Shown here: piece by piece, positions 47,719-57,059 of the stretch | Layout: each line of letters starts with the position of its first letter | Position numbering within the stretch: the first letter of the stretch is position 1 | Origin: Pseudomonadota bacterium | GTDB taxonomy: Bacteria; Desulfobacterota; Desulfobacteria; Desulfobacterales; JBDRRP01 | Reading direction: 5' to 3' | Length of the DNA stretch: 59,012 nucleotides | Assembly: GCA_043825735.1 (NCBI GenBank) | Contig: JBDRRP010000054.1 | Span: 1 to 59,012 of the forward strand | Notes under the pieces: model-generated | The model's database searches: none | What the model saw: only the letters and a program-made list of their open reading frames with translations | Told to the model about the DNA's origin: nothing | Program-made: the position numbers and the translations under genes

Positions 47719-49505
47719 TCGAACCCATCAGCGCTTCCATCTTCAGCTCGGGGATACCGCCGTCACTGCTGTTCATTTTCGGCAGCCTGCTCTTCCCGTT
47801 TCTCCGCGGCCGCTTCAAGGCTTTTTACATGCTGCTGCTGCCGGCCGTGGCCTTTTATGTGTTGGCCCGGATGCCGGCCGGTGAGCACTGGGTGATGCCG
47901 CTGCTCGACTACCATCTCGTGCTCGGTCGCATCGACGGCCTCAGCCGGGTGTTCGGGTTTATCTTCACGCTCATTTCCTTTATCGCCGTCATCTACGCCA
48001 TGAAAGTGACGGACAATGTCCAGCATGTGGCCGGTTTCATGTATGCCGGCGGGGCGCTCGGGGTCACCTTCGCGGGCGATCTGGTGAGCCTGTATATCTT
48101 TTGGGAGTTGATGGCCGTTGCCTCCACTTTTCTGATCCTGGCCCGTAAAACGCTCAAGAGCCAGCAGGCGGCCTACCGCTATATTCTCGTGCACGTTTTC
48201 GGCGGCCTGAGTCTTTTGGCCGGTATCGTGCTGACCATTCACCAGACCGGATCGACGGCATTTGTGCACATGACGCTGGGCGATACGGCCAGTTGGCTCA
48301 TGTTCATCGGCATCGGCGTGAATGCGGCGCTTCCGCCGCTGCACGCATGGCTCCAGGACGCCTACCCCGAGGCCACGGTGACCGGGGCGATCTTTCTGAG
48401 CGCCTTCACCACCAAGAGCGCGGTCTACGTGATGGCCCGGGGGTTTGCCGGCACCGAACTGCTCATCTGGCTGGGGGCCTTTATGACGGTCCTGCCGGTC
48501 TTTTACGCCGAAGTCGAAAATGACATGCGGCGGGTGCTGTCCTACAGTCTGATGAACCAGGTGGGGTTCATGATGTGCGGTATCGGCATCGGCACCCAAC
48601 TGGCCATCAACGGGGCGGTGAGCCACGCGTTTTGCCACATTTTGTATAAAGCGCTGCTGTTCATGTCCATGGGCGCCGTGCTCCAGGTCACCGGAAAGAT
48701 CAAATGTACGGAAATCGGAGGGCTCTACCGCACCATGCCCATCACCTGCGGCCTGTGCATCATCGGGGCCGCCTCCATTTCGGCATTTCCCCTGTTCAGC
48801 GGGTTTGTGAGCAAGTCCATGATCATCAGCGCCGCCGGTAACAACCACTACATGATCGCCTGGCTGATGCTGCAGTTTGCTTCAGCCGGGGTCATCGCCC
48901 ATGCCGGGATCAAGGTGCCGTTTTTTACTTTCTTCGGTCACGATTCGGGCATCCGGGCCAAGGAGCCGCCGCTGAACATGCTCATCGCCATGGGGATCGC
49001 CGCGTTTTTCTGTATTTTTATTGGCATCTACCCGCAACCATTATATGCTATCCTACCGTATCCTGTTGATTATGTGCCCTACACGGGTGCTCATGTGGTC
49101 GGCCAGCTGCAGCTTCTGCTGTTCGGCATCCTGGCATTCTACCTGTTGCTGCGCTCCGGCTACTACCCATCCGAAGTCCGGGCCATCAACCTGGACACCG
49201 ATTGGTTTTACCGTAAAGGCGCTCGGCTGTTCTACCGCATCGTGGACCGGGGTCTTAACGGGCTCAACCGCATCGTTGATCAGAGTGTTGCCAGAGGGAT
49301 GACGGCCGCCGTCTCCCGGGCGGCCGGATCGGCGGTGAGCCGATTGTCTCTGGCGATGCTGCTACCTTTTCGCGGGGCGTTTCCCGGCGGCGGCAGTGAC
49401 CTCGGAAAGCGCGTATCGGCTGCGCTGGCCACCGGTACGGGGCCGCTTGGCGCCAGTGCCGCCGCGGCGGCCGTCTTTCTCGTATTCATTTATTTCATCA
49501 GTTGA
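47715..49505 (+). CDS. Mrp antiporter subunit D/A family protein (3)
   Basis: YIFWELM, PPLHAWLQDAYPEA, FTTKSAVY and RRVLSYS motifs. Confidence 0.9.
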   Translation: MIEPISASIFSSGIPPSLLFIFGSLLFPFLRGRFKAFYMLLLPAVAFYVLARMPAGEHWVMPLLDYHLVLGRIDGLSRVFGFIFTLISFIAVIYAMKVTDNVQHVAGFMYAGGALGVTFAGDLVSLYIFWELMAVASTFLILARKTLKSQQAAYRYILVHVFGGLSLLAGIVLTIHQTGSTAFVHMTLGDTASWLMFIGIGVNAALPPLHAWLQDAYPEATVTGAIFLSAFTTKSAVYVMARGFAGTELLIWLGAFMTVLPVFYAEVENDMRRVLSYSLMNQVGFMMCGIGIGTQLAINGAVSHAFCHILYKALLFMSMGAVLQVTGKIKCTEIGGLYRTMPITCGLCIIGAASISAFPLFSGFVSKSMIISAAGNNHYMIAWLMLQFASAGVIAHAGIKVPFFTFFGHDSGIRAKEPPLNMLIAMGIAAFFCIFIGIYPQPLYAILPYPVDYVPYTGAHVVGQLQLLLFGILAFYLLLRSGYYPSEVRAINLDTDWFYRKGARLFYRIVDRGLNGLNRIVDQSVARGMTAAVSRAAGSAVSRLSLAMLLPFRGAFPGGGSDLGKRVSAALATGTGPLGASAAAAAVFLVFIYFIS

Positions 49506-49590
49506 GTGACCGGCGGGCCGCACCCCTTACGGTCATGCGCAGCGCCTGCCGGCGGGTGGTTTCGAAGGCATAGGGAAAAAGGAGGGTTTG

Positions 49591-50085
49591 ATGATTACAA
49601 GAGATGAGCTCCGTAAGATGGTCATTATGAACAGCCTCTCGGACGAAATGCTGGAGAAGATCCTGCCTCTTGTGGAGCGCAAGCGCTACGATGAAGGCGA
49701 GGCGGTTTTTCGCGGCGGCGACACCGCGGAGCACTTCTATCTTCTCAAATCCGGGAAAATACTCCTGGAGCAGCGGTTGAGCGACAAAATGACGGTTTCC
49801 ATCGACTCCATCAAGCCGGGGTATTCATTCGGTTGGTCGTCCATGCTCAGCGGCGGGCTTGAGCCTTACAGCGAGTACACCTCCGACGCCATTTGCGTGG
49901 AGCCTTCCGAAGTGCTCGCCATCAGCGGAGAAGAGCTGCAGGATCTCATGGAAAACGACCATCACATGGGATATCGGCTGACCCAGCGGCTCAACCGGGT
50001 GATCAAACAGCGCCTGGTGCACCGCACCGAGCAGTTCATCCGGCTGATCAAAAAGCACCCGGATATCCACAACCTGATGGTCTGA
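49591..50085 (+). CDS. Stand-alone cyclic nucleotide-binding domain protein
   Basis: VFRGGD.AEHFYLL.SG...PG.SFGWSSM cNMP fold; no HTH; AGGAGG RBS. Confidence 0.85.
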   Translation: MITRDELRKMVIMNSLSDEMLEKILPLVERKRYDEGEAVFRGGDTAEHFYLLKSGKILLEQRLSDKMTVSIDSIKPGYSFGWSSMLSGGLEPYSEYTSDAICVEPSEVLAISGEELQDLMENDHHMGYRLTQRLNRVIKQRLVHRTEQFIRLIKKHPDIHNLMV

Positions 50086-50233
50086 TCCTGCACGTCGGTG
50101 CGGCGGCGATTACGGCTGTCAGGACTGCTCATGGCGTGCCGTCTCACCCCCCTTGCGGCATCATCGCAGAGACACCCTACGCTGCGGTGGCCGGGATGCG
50201 CATTATCGGCGACCAGGGTAAAACTATGGCAAC

Positions 50234-50260
50234 AAAAAAGGCACATCAGTGCCTTTTTTT
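50234..50260. terminator. Bidirectional Rho-independent terminator
   Basis: AAAAAAGGCAC-ATCA-GTGCCTTTTTTT between convergent operons. Confidence 0.65.
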
Positions 50261-50372
50261 ATTTTTCATTTCTCCACGATCCGCCATTGCCGAAGTAAGC
50301 CCAGATGCCCGATGCTCAACGGGCCTATCCACTATTTTGCTGTGGGATACATTGGCTTTTCGGGACCAATCA

Positions 50373-50521
50373 TCCAAATCGAAATCGGGATCGCTATCGA
50401 AATCAAAACGCGATTGGACGGAAAAAGGCGCAAATAGCACCTGTTAAATCTCGAGCGCCGCCCTAAAACTGCGTCACGAAACGGCCGGCGGCCTGACCGC
50501 AGAAACCGATTTCGATCCCGA
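50373..50521. repeat. Hexameric ATCGNN palindromic element (second copy, degenerate right arm)
   Basis: TCCAAATCGAAATCGGGATCGCTATCGAAATC at 50373 and CCGATTTCGATCCCGA at about 50506-50521. Confidence 0.65.
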
Positions 50522-50639
50522 GGAAATCAACCTTCAGTGAAAGGGATGACGCATTCTGCACCAGCGTGTTTAATTCTGCTTTTAAAAACCTGGTCCTCAG
50601 GATCAGGTCAGAGATATTTGGCTATGCCGCAAAAACACA

Positions 50640-50659
50640 TCTCGCGCAGAGACGCAGGG
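50640..50659. repeat. Solo CGCAGAG-type arm
   Basis: TCTCGCGCAGAGACGCAGGG, nearly identical to the inverse of 28861-28880. Confidence 0.6.
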
Positions 50660-50760
50660 TTCTGCCTTTGTGTTTTAGCAATGAAGCCCCTTTCAAGGGC
50701 AACCTAAAGCCTGGCCTTCAGGGTCAGGAATGTTTATTTTTGCCGCCGGCCGGCTGGCGG

Positions 50761-51630
50761 CTAAACAGGCGGGACCATCAGAATGGGCAAATTCAACTGC
50801 TCGCACAACTCGGTGGCCACGTTTTTCACCCGCCGCCCCAGCCATTTTCCTTTTTCGCCGGCGCCCACCACCAGCAGGCTGCTGCGCAGCTCCCGTGTGG
50901 CCTTTTCGATCTCTTGGCCGGGGTTTCCGATATAGACATGCGGCTCGGCGTCGATGCCGGCCTGCGCGAACTGGCCACAGATATCGTCCATTTGGCGGCG
51001 GGCTTCTTTGCGCGTGCGCTGGATGTCCATGGCAGAGCTTTCCGTGAGACTTTTTTCACTGGCCACGTGGATGACATGAAGGCTGGAGATGATCTCTTTT
51101 TGAGCTTTTAACAGTGCGATGGCCGGGCCTGCCGAACGCTGGGCGCTCACTGCCAGCAGTGGCCGGGTAAAAGGGTTTTCCATTGCGGCGGCGTCCTGCC
51201 GGTAGTTGTAGACCATCACCGGTTTGCCGGTGCGGCGGATGATGGCCCCCAGATCGGATCCGGAAAAGAACTGCCGGAGGGGGCCGGTTTTTCGCCTGCC
51301 GATGACCACGATGTCGGCGTTTTCGTTTTTTGCCGACCGTACCACCTGCTGCACCAGATTTCCCACGACGATGTAGACGCCGACCTCCATGCCCTGTTCA
51401 AAGAGGCTTTCGGCCCAGTCGATGAAGCGGATGTTGGCCACTTCCCGCAGTTTGGTCTCCTCCTTTTTGTCATAGCCGGCCCCCCGGCGCATGGCGACCT
51501 TTTCCCGATCGATCACGTTCAGAAACACGACATGGTCGAGGCCGGTCTGGCGCAGTCCGAGCAGGGACTCCAGCGCATCGAAAGACAAATCCGTAAAGGT
51601 GGTGACGAAGAGGAGTTTTTGGATATGCAT
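50761..51630 (-). CDS. Universal stress protein (tandem USP domains)
   Basis: KLLFVTTF, DIVVIG...SGS...PVMV, LHVIHV, GNPGQEI and LPILMVP motifs. Confidence 0.9.
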   Translation of the reverse strand: MHIQKLLFVTTFTDLSFDALESLLGLRQTGLDHVVFLNVIDREKVAMRRGAGYDKKEETKLREVANIRFIDWAESLFEQGMEVGVYIVVGNLVQQVVRSAKNENADIVVIGRRKTGPLRQFFSGSDLGAIIRRTGKPVMVYNYRQDAAAMENPFTRPLLAVSAQRSAGPAIALLKAQKEIISSLHVIHVASEKSLTESSAMDIQRTRKEARRQMDDICGQFAQAGIDAEPHVYIGNPGQEIEKATRELRSSLLVVGAGEKGKWLGRRVKNVATELCEQLNLPILMVPPV

Positions 51631-51648
51631 TGTGCCGGTTCCTTTCCG

Positions 51649-52044
51649 CTAATCGACGAGCATCTTCTGGATCCATTCAGTCAGTGTCTGCGCATTGACG
51701 GGTTTCTCCAGGTAGGCAGCCGGTTCTGGGATCGGCTCACCGCCGAACTGGGTCAGTGCCTGCTGCGATTTCAGAAACGAGCGCTTGGAGATGCCCGATA
51801 GAATGATAATGGGGATGCCCTGGTAGGCCGGGTCGGTTTTCAGTGTGCGGTACATTTTTATGCCGCTTTGCCGGGGCATCAGCACGTCCAGCACGATGAG
51901 ATCCGGAGACTGGCTTTTGGCCATGGCAAGGCCGTCTTCGCCGTTTTCGGCGACCAGGGCCGTGTGCCCGGCTTCTTCGACAACCGTGATGTTAAACAGG
52001 CGAACGCCCGGATCGTCGTCCACCACGAGAATTTTCTTGCCCAT
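51649..52044 (-). CDS. Single-domain response regulator
   Basis: ILVVDDD, DLIVLDVLMP and YLEKP motifs. Confidence 0.92.
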   Translation of the reverse strand: MGKKILVVDDDPGVRLFNITVVEEAGHTALVAENGEDGLAMAKSQSPDLIVLDVLMPRQSGIKMYRTLKTDPAYQGIPIIILSGISKRSFLKSQQALTQFGGEPIPEPAAYLEKPVNAQTLTEWIQKMLVD

Positions 52045-52082
52045 CGCTTCCCCTCCTGAGAATAAATCGCTGCGTGATCTCG

Positions 52083-53606
52083 TCAGTCGGTTTCAACCGT
52101 TCCCCGGTGCGGCATCGTCATGGTGAAGGTGGTGCCGATGCCCGGAATTGAAGAGACGGTGATGTCGCCGCCGTGTTCGTCCACCAGTTTCCGTGTCACA
52201 AGGAGGCCCAGACCGGTGCCACGGGACCCTTTGGTACTGAAAAAATTAGTAAAGAGCTTGGCCTGCGTGGCCGGGTCCATACCGATGCCCGTGTCGGCCA
52301 CCGAGAAACGGATCCGGTCGTCACCGGCCCGCTGCATGCTCACGGTGACCGTATGCACTTTGGTGTCATCCACATCCTCTGCGCAGGCATCGATGGCGTT
52401 GCTGACCAAATTGAGCAGGCCCCGATACACTGTCCGCGGGTCCATGCGGCATCTGCCAACGGCGGGCTCGTAATGGCGCACCAGCGCGATGCCGTATTTT
52501 TCGGCGGCCGGCGCCATGAGCATGCACACTTCCTCGGCAATGTCACCGGGCGCGCAGTCGGCGTATTCCGGGGTGCGCTCCTTGGAATAGTAAAGCAGGT
52601 CCCCGACCAGTTCGGCGGTCCGCCCGATGGTGGTTTGAACCTGCTGCCAGCCCTGTCTCAGTTTATCGATGTCATCGTTTTTGAGGCCCACGTCCACGAC
52701 GTAGCTGCCCCCCTCGAGGCCGTGGAGAATATTCTTGATGCAATGGGCCAGTCCGGCGACGGTCTGGCCCACCGCCGCCAGTCGTTCAGACTGGACCAGT
52801 TCGCGCTCCAGGCGTTTGATCTCACGTAGATCCTGGAAAAAACCGACGCTGCCGATGGCCTTCCGGTGCTCATAGAGCACGGTTCCTGAAAAGGAGACGG
52901 GGATGGAAGTACCGCTGCGCGAGGGGACCCGGGTTTCGCGCCGGTGCAGCTCGCGCACATCGGCGCCTTCGGCCATGGCGGCATGAAACACCGCCGCAAG
53001 ATCGGACGGCAGCAGTTGATCGACCGTCATCCGGCCGATGGCTTCGGATGCCGTATAACCGAAAATGCGCTGGGCGCCGGGGTTATAGATCACGATGGTC
53101 AGGGAGCTGTCGGTGGCGACGATGCCGTCGGAGGCGCTTCGAATCAGTTTGATCTGAAAATCGGACTTGCGGCGGATTTCCAGCGTGGCCTCCGCTACGG
53201 TTTCTTCCAGGCCGGTAGTATAGGCCCTCAGTTGCCGGCGGATATCCAGCCGTTCTTCGGCTCTTTTCAAGGCCACCGCCAGGGCCTGGTCATTTACCGG
53301 CTTGTTGATGAAGTCCGATGCCCCCAGCTGCAAGGCCTCGATGGCCAGATCGATGTCACCGTGACCGGTGATGATGATCACTTCGGTGTCCGGGGAGGCC
53401 GCCTTGATCTGTCGCAGCACTTCGATGCCGTCCATTCCGGGCATGCGGATGTCGGTCAGGACGATATCGGGCGTCGTTTTCTCGAAGACGGCCATTCCCG
53501 CTTCGCCGCTCAAGGCGGTGGCCACGGTATACCCGTCGCTTCTGAGAGACAAGGAGAGCAGCCTCAGGTTGTCGGGTTCGTCATCGATGAGCAGCAGGTG
53601 ATTCAT
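52083..53606 (-). CDS. Hybrid sensor kinase REC-PAS-HisKA-HATPase
   Basis: LIDDE, LTDIRMP, GLAHCIKN, NLVSNAIDA, DTGIG and GTGLGL motifs. Confidence 0.92.
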   Translation of the reverse strand: MNHLLLIDDEPDNLRLLSLSLRSDGYTVATALSGEAGMAVFEKTTPDIVLTDIRMPGMDGIEVLRQIKAASPDTEVIIITGHGDIDLAIEALQLGASDFINKPVNDQALAVALKRAEERLDIRRQLRAYTTGLEETVAEATLEIRRKSDFQIKLIRSASDGIVATDSSLTIVIYNPGAQRIFGYTASEAIGRMTVDQLLPSDLAAVFHAAMAEGADVRELHRRETRVPSRSGTSIPVSFSGTVLYEHRKAIGSVGFFQDLREIKRLERELVQSERLAAVGQTVAGLAHCIKNILHGLEGGSYVVDVGLKNDDIDKLRQGWQQVQTTIGRTAELVGDLLYYSKERTPEYADCAPGDIAEEVCMLMAPAAEKYGIALVRHYEPAVGRCRMDPRTVYRGLLNLVSNAIDACAEDVDDTKVHTVTVSMQRAGDDRIRFSVADTGIGMDPATQAKLFTNFFSTKGSRGTGLGLLVTRKLVDEHGGDITVSSIPGIGTTFTMTMPHRGTVETD

Positions 53607-53621
53607 GCTGGTGTTAGCCCT

Positions 53622-56141
53622 TTAGGCCGCAGCGGGAAACTGCAGCTCGAAAGTGGTTCCGGTGCCGTGGGCACTGTCAATGCTGATGGTGCCGTCATAA
53701 TCCTGCACGATGCCGTAGCTGATGCTCACGCCCAGGCCGGTGCCTTTTCCCACCGCCTTGGTCGTGAAAAACGGCTCGAAGATCTTGTCCTTTACCGTTT
53801 CGGTGATGCCGATGCCGTTGTCGGCGACCGCAACAACCACCTTTCCCGCCAGGGCCCGGGAACGGATGGTCAGCCGTTTCCGGTACTCCGGCGGCGCCTG
53901 CTTTTGCATCTCGTCCATGGCGTCGACGGCATTGGTGACCAGGTTGATGAAGACCTGCTCGAGGCGGTTGTGTTCGGCCATGATATCCGGAAGATCGGGC
54001 GCCAGTTCCAGCACCAGGTCGATCTGGTGCGCCTTGATCTGGTGCCCCAGCACCTTGAAGACATCCAGGATCGGATCGTTGACATTGATCCTGCGGCGCG
54101 TCACCTCGGACTGGCGGGCGAAGTCGCGCATGTGCCGGATGATCCCGGAGGCCCGGCTCACACTGCCGGAGATGTCGGTGGTCAGTCCCAGCAGTTCCTC
54201 CATGGAGACGGGGACCCCTTTTTTGGCGGTTTTCTGCAGGTAATCGACGCAGATCTGTATGACGTTGAGCGGCTGATTGAGTTCATGGGCCATGCCGGCG
54301 GCCATCTGCCCCAGCGTGGTCATTTTGCTGGCCTGGATCAGCTGCTTTTCCTTCTCGACGCTGCTGGAGATATCGGTGATGGAGGCGATGATGACATCGC
54401 GCTCGCCATAGTTGGCGCGACTGATGTTCACGTTGACAAAAAAGGGCTGTCTGTTCTTGCGGTAGTGCCGCCGCTTGGTGAACAGCAGAGACTGGTCGGT
54501 AGACAGCGATTTGAGGCCTTCTGCCAGTTCCTCGTCATCGCCGTCTCCCAGCGCCAGAAAGGCCATGTCCAGCAGATCCTCACGGCTGAAGCCGTAGCTG
54601 ATCCGGGCGCGCTGGTTCATGTCGAAGATGTGATGCTTGGTGGTGTCGAGAATGAAGATAGGGTGGGGATCGTTGTTGAACAACGAGCGGTACTTTTCTT
54701 CGCTTCTGGCCACCTGGTCCTGGAGCTGGGCATTTTCGACGGCCACGCCGATGCGGTTTCCGATCAGTTCCAGGACGCTCCGCTCCTGAATCAGCGCGTG
54801 TTCGGGCTGCCGGGTGCCGATGCGGATGACACCGAAAGCGTTTTTTTCTTTCGTGATGATTGGGACATAGGCCAAAGACGTCATCTTTTCGGGTTCCAGC
54901 GCACAGACCTCGTCAATGCATTTATCAGGGCGGTCCTTGTAAACGGTGAATTCACCGCGGGCCGCGACCTCGTGTATAATGCTGTCTTTCGAGACGATGT
55001 CGATTTTTCGACAAATGTCCCCTGCGGGGCCGGCGCTCTGCGCAAACTGATATCGGCCGTCGGGGGTTTTGAGATAGATGCAGATGCTGTCGGCGGCTAA
55101 AAACCGCTGGATTTCGGAAATGGCGGTGGTGATGCGCTCGTCGATACCGGCTTTTGCGTTGAGCACCGAGTAGACGGCGCACAGCGCTGCCAGCTCGTTG
55201 GTGTAGTGCTCTTTTTCCGCTTCGGCGCGCTTGTCGTCGGTCGTGTCCCAGAAGGTTTCCACCGCACCGATAATGCTGCCGTCCGGTGATTTGATGGGCG
55301 CTGCCGTAAAAAAGCACCAACGGCCGCCGTCGCCGAGGCTGGGGAAGAAGATCTCGGCCTCGTAGGCCCCCTCGATGAGTGCCGACGGCTGCCATTTGGT
55401 GCCGTAAAGGCGCTGGATCTCGGCGGCGTCGGGTTGATCCACGATCACGTCGGCCATGGACGGGCGCGGGTGCGGCCAGAATGGCGCCCACTGGCGGTTC
55501 GTACCAACGACATCTGCCGCCGGCACCCCTGTGAATTTTTCCAGCGCGCGGTTCCAATGGGTGACCATGTGATTTCTGTTGATGACGAAGGTGGGGATGG
55601 TCAATCCGTCGACGATCTGAGAGAGCAGGCGCTCGTGTTTGGCCAGGCCGCGTTCCACGGTGACGGCGTATTTGGCACTGTCATGGATGATCCCCGTAAT
55701 GCGGGACGCATACGCCTGGAAGATGTCCGCCACCGATGACTCGGTGTCTGTAGCGGGGCTGCGCAGCATTGCCAGGGTGGCGTTTGTTTCGCTGTCGATG
55801 AGCAGGTTCTCCCAGGCGGTGACGGCCTCGAAGTGGTCGATCACCTTGAGATGGGCGGGGCGGGCGGCCCGGATGTCATCAGCCAGCAGATCGTCTTTGG
55901 TCAATTCGATGAGAACGCTCAGACCGGGGATATCAAAAAAGCGGCGGTAATCGTCGGTGGTGAAAATACCCCGCTCTCTGGCGTAGACAAGCCCGGGGGC
56001 ATCCGGCTGCAGATCGGCAACGCCCATCACTTCGTGACCCGGTGCGGCGCGGCCGTCATTGAGGATCGTTTCCAGAAACTCCCGGCAGAACGCGCCGCCA
56101 CCCACGATGGCGATCTTTGCATTGTTGAACAGTTGGAGCAC
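53622..56141 (-). CDS. Sensor histidine kinase with Rossmann-like N-terminus, PAS-GAF-PAS
   Basis: IAIVGGG N-terminus; AHELNQPL, NLVTNAVDA, DNGIG, FEPFFTTK and GTGLG. GTG start. Confidence 0.9.
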   Translation of the reverse strand: MLQLFNNAKIAIVGGGAFCREFLETILNDGRAAPGHEVMGVADLQPDAPGLVYARERGIFTTDDYRRFFDIPGLSVLIELTKDDLLADDIRAARPAHLKVIDHFEAVTAWENLLIDSETNATLAMLRSPATDTESSVADIFQAYASRITGIIHDSAKYAVTVERGLAKHERLLSQIVDGLTIPTFVINRNHMVTHWNRALEKFTGVPAADVVGTNRQWAPFWPHPRPSMADVIVDQPDAAEIQRLYGTKWQPSALIEGAYEAEIFFPSLGDGGRWCFFTAAPIKSPDGSIIGAVETFWDTTDDKRAEAEKEHYTNELAALCAVYSVLNAKAGIDERITTAISEIQRFLAADSICIYLKTPDGRYQFAQSAGPAGDICRKIDIVSKDSIIHEVAARGEFTVYKDRPDKCIDEVCALEPEKMTSLAYVPIITKEKNAFGVIRIGTRQPEHALIQERSVLELIGNRIGVAVENAQLQDQVARSEEKYRSLFNNDPHPIFILDTTKHHIFDMNQRARISYGFSREDLLDMAFLALGDGDDEELAEGLKSLSTDQSLLFTKRRHYRKNRQPFFVNVNISRANYGERDVIIASITDISSSVEKEKQLIQASKMTTLGQMAAGMAHELNQPLNVIQICVDYLQKTAKKGVPVSMEELLGLTTDISGSVSRASGIIRHMRDFARQSEVTRRRINVNDPILDVFKVLGHQIKAHQIDLVLELAPDLPDIMAEHNRLEQVFINLVTNAVDAMDEMQKQAPPEYRKRLTIRSRALAGKVVVAVADNGIGITETVKDKIFEPFFTTKAVGKGTGLGVSISYGIVQDYDGTISIDSAHGTGTTFELQFPAAA

Positions 56142-56156
56142 GGTACCATTCCTTTG

Positions 56157-57044
56157 TCAGGGGACGAGGAGCACCGGCAGGGGCGCCATTTCAGCCACCT
56201 GGTGTGACACGCCGCCCAGCCAGTATTCCTGGAGCCAGTCCTTTCCGGTGCGGCCCATGACGATGGCAGAGGCCTTCGCGTCGCTGGCCGCCTTAATTAT
56301 TTGCGCCACCGTTCGCCCCCGGCAGAGGACGCCATCGGCAGGGATGCCGGCATTGATGAGTCGGCTGACGGCAGCGTTGAGAAGTTTTCGGCTCTCGGCT
56401 TCCAGCGCGGTAATACTCGCGTCGGTCATCCCCTGGGAGCGGCGCTGTCCGATGGCGTGCACCACGGTCACATGCTCGGCGAGCCCTTTGAGGCCGGCGA
56501 GGTGGGCGAGGGCGCGCCGGGACGGCTCGGAGAAGTCCGTCGCCAGTAAGGGGTGCCGGAACGGGCGGTCGTTGATGCGCGTCTCCGCCATCCCCCCCCG
56601 GTCGATTTCCACCATGAACTTGCCCATGAGAATGGGCACGGGGCTGCGGCGGATGAGATCCAGGGTGTGCCCGCCCACGTAAATGTGCTCCATGAGGGAG
56701 CGCTTTTTCCGGCCGGTGACAATCAGGTCGACAGCCTCCGTCTTGGCGATGTCCAGTACGACGGCATTGACGATGCCGCAGTCGATGCGCATCCGTGCGC
56801 TGAGGCCGGCGGCGGTCACGGCGCTCAGGTAAGGTTCAAAGCGCGCGGACATTTCTTCGCGGACCCGGTCCTCCCCTGCCTTGTCGTACCCGCCGTAGGG
56901 TACGAACGCCACATCATCTCTTGGGATGACGGCGACCAGCACGATCTCCTTGAGGCCCACGGCCTTGAGGGTGAGAACGGCGCTGAGTGCCTCCAGCGAC
57001 ATTTCCCTGAACTGCGTATGGAAGAGTATTTTTTCAAAGCCCAT
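56157..57044 (-). CDS. Universal stress protein (tandem USP domains)
   Basis: KILFHTQF, LLATDFSEPS and IVMG..G...LGGVS..V...PVLLVP motifs. Confidence 0.9.
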   Translation of the reverse strand: MGFEKILFHTQFREMSLEALSAVLTLKAVGLKEIVLVAVIPRDDVAFVPYGGYDKAGEDRVREEMSARFEPYLSAVTAAGLSARMRIDCGIVNAVVLDIAKTEAVDLIVTGRKKRSLMEHIYVGGHTLDLIRRSPVPILMGKFMVEIDRGGMAETRINDRPFRHPLLATDFSEPSRRALAHLAGLKGLAEHVTVVHAIGQRRSQGMTDASITALEAESRKLLNAAVSRLINAGIPADGVLCRGRTVAQIIKAASDAKASAIVMGRTGKDWLQEYWLGGVSHQVAEMAPLPVLLVP

Positions 57045-57059
57045 GACCGGTTCTCCCGT

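Noticed and set aside
52944..55100. 718-aa plus-strand ORF
   Set aside because: Antisense shadow of two well-supported kinase genes in GC-rich DNA; no recognisable motifs.
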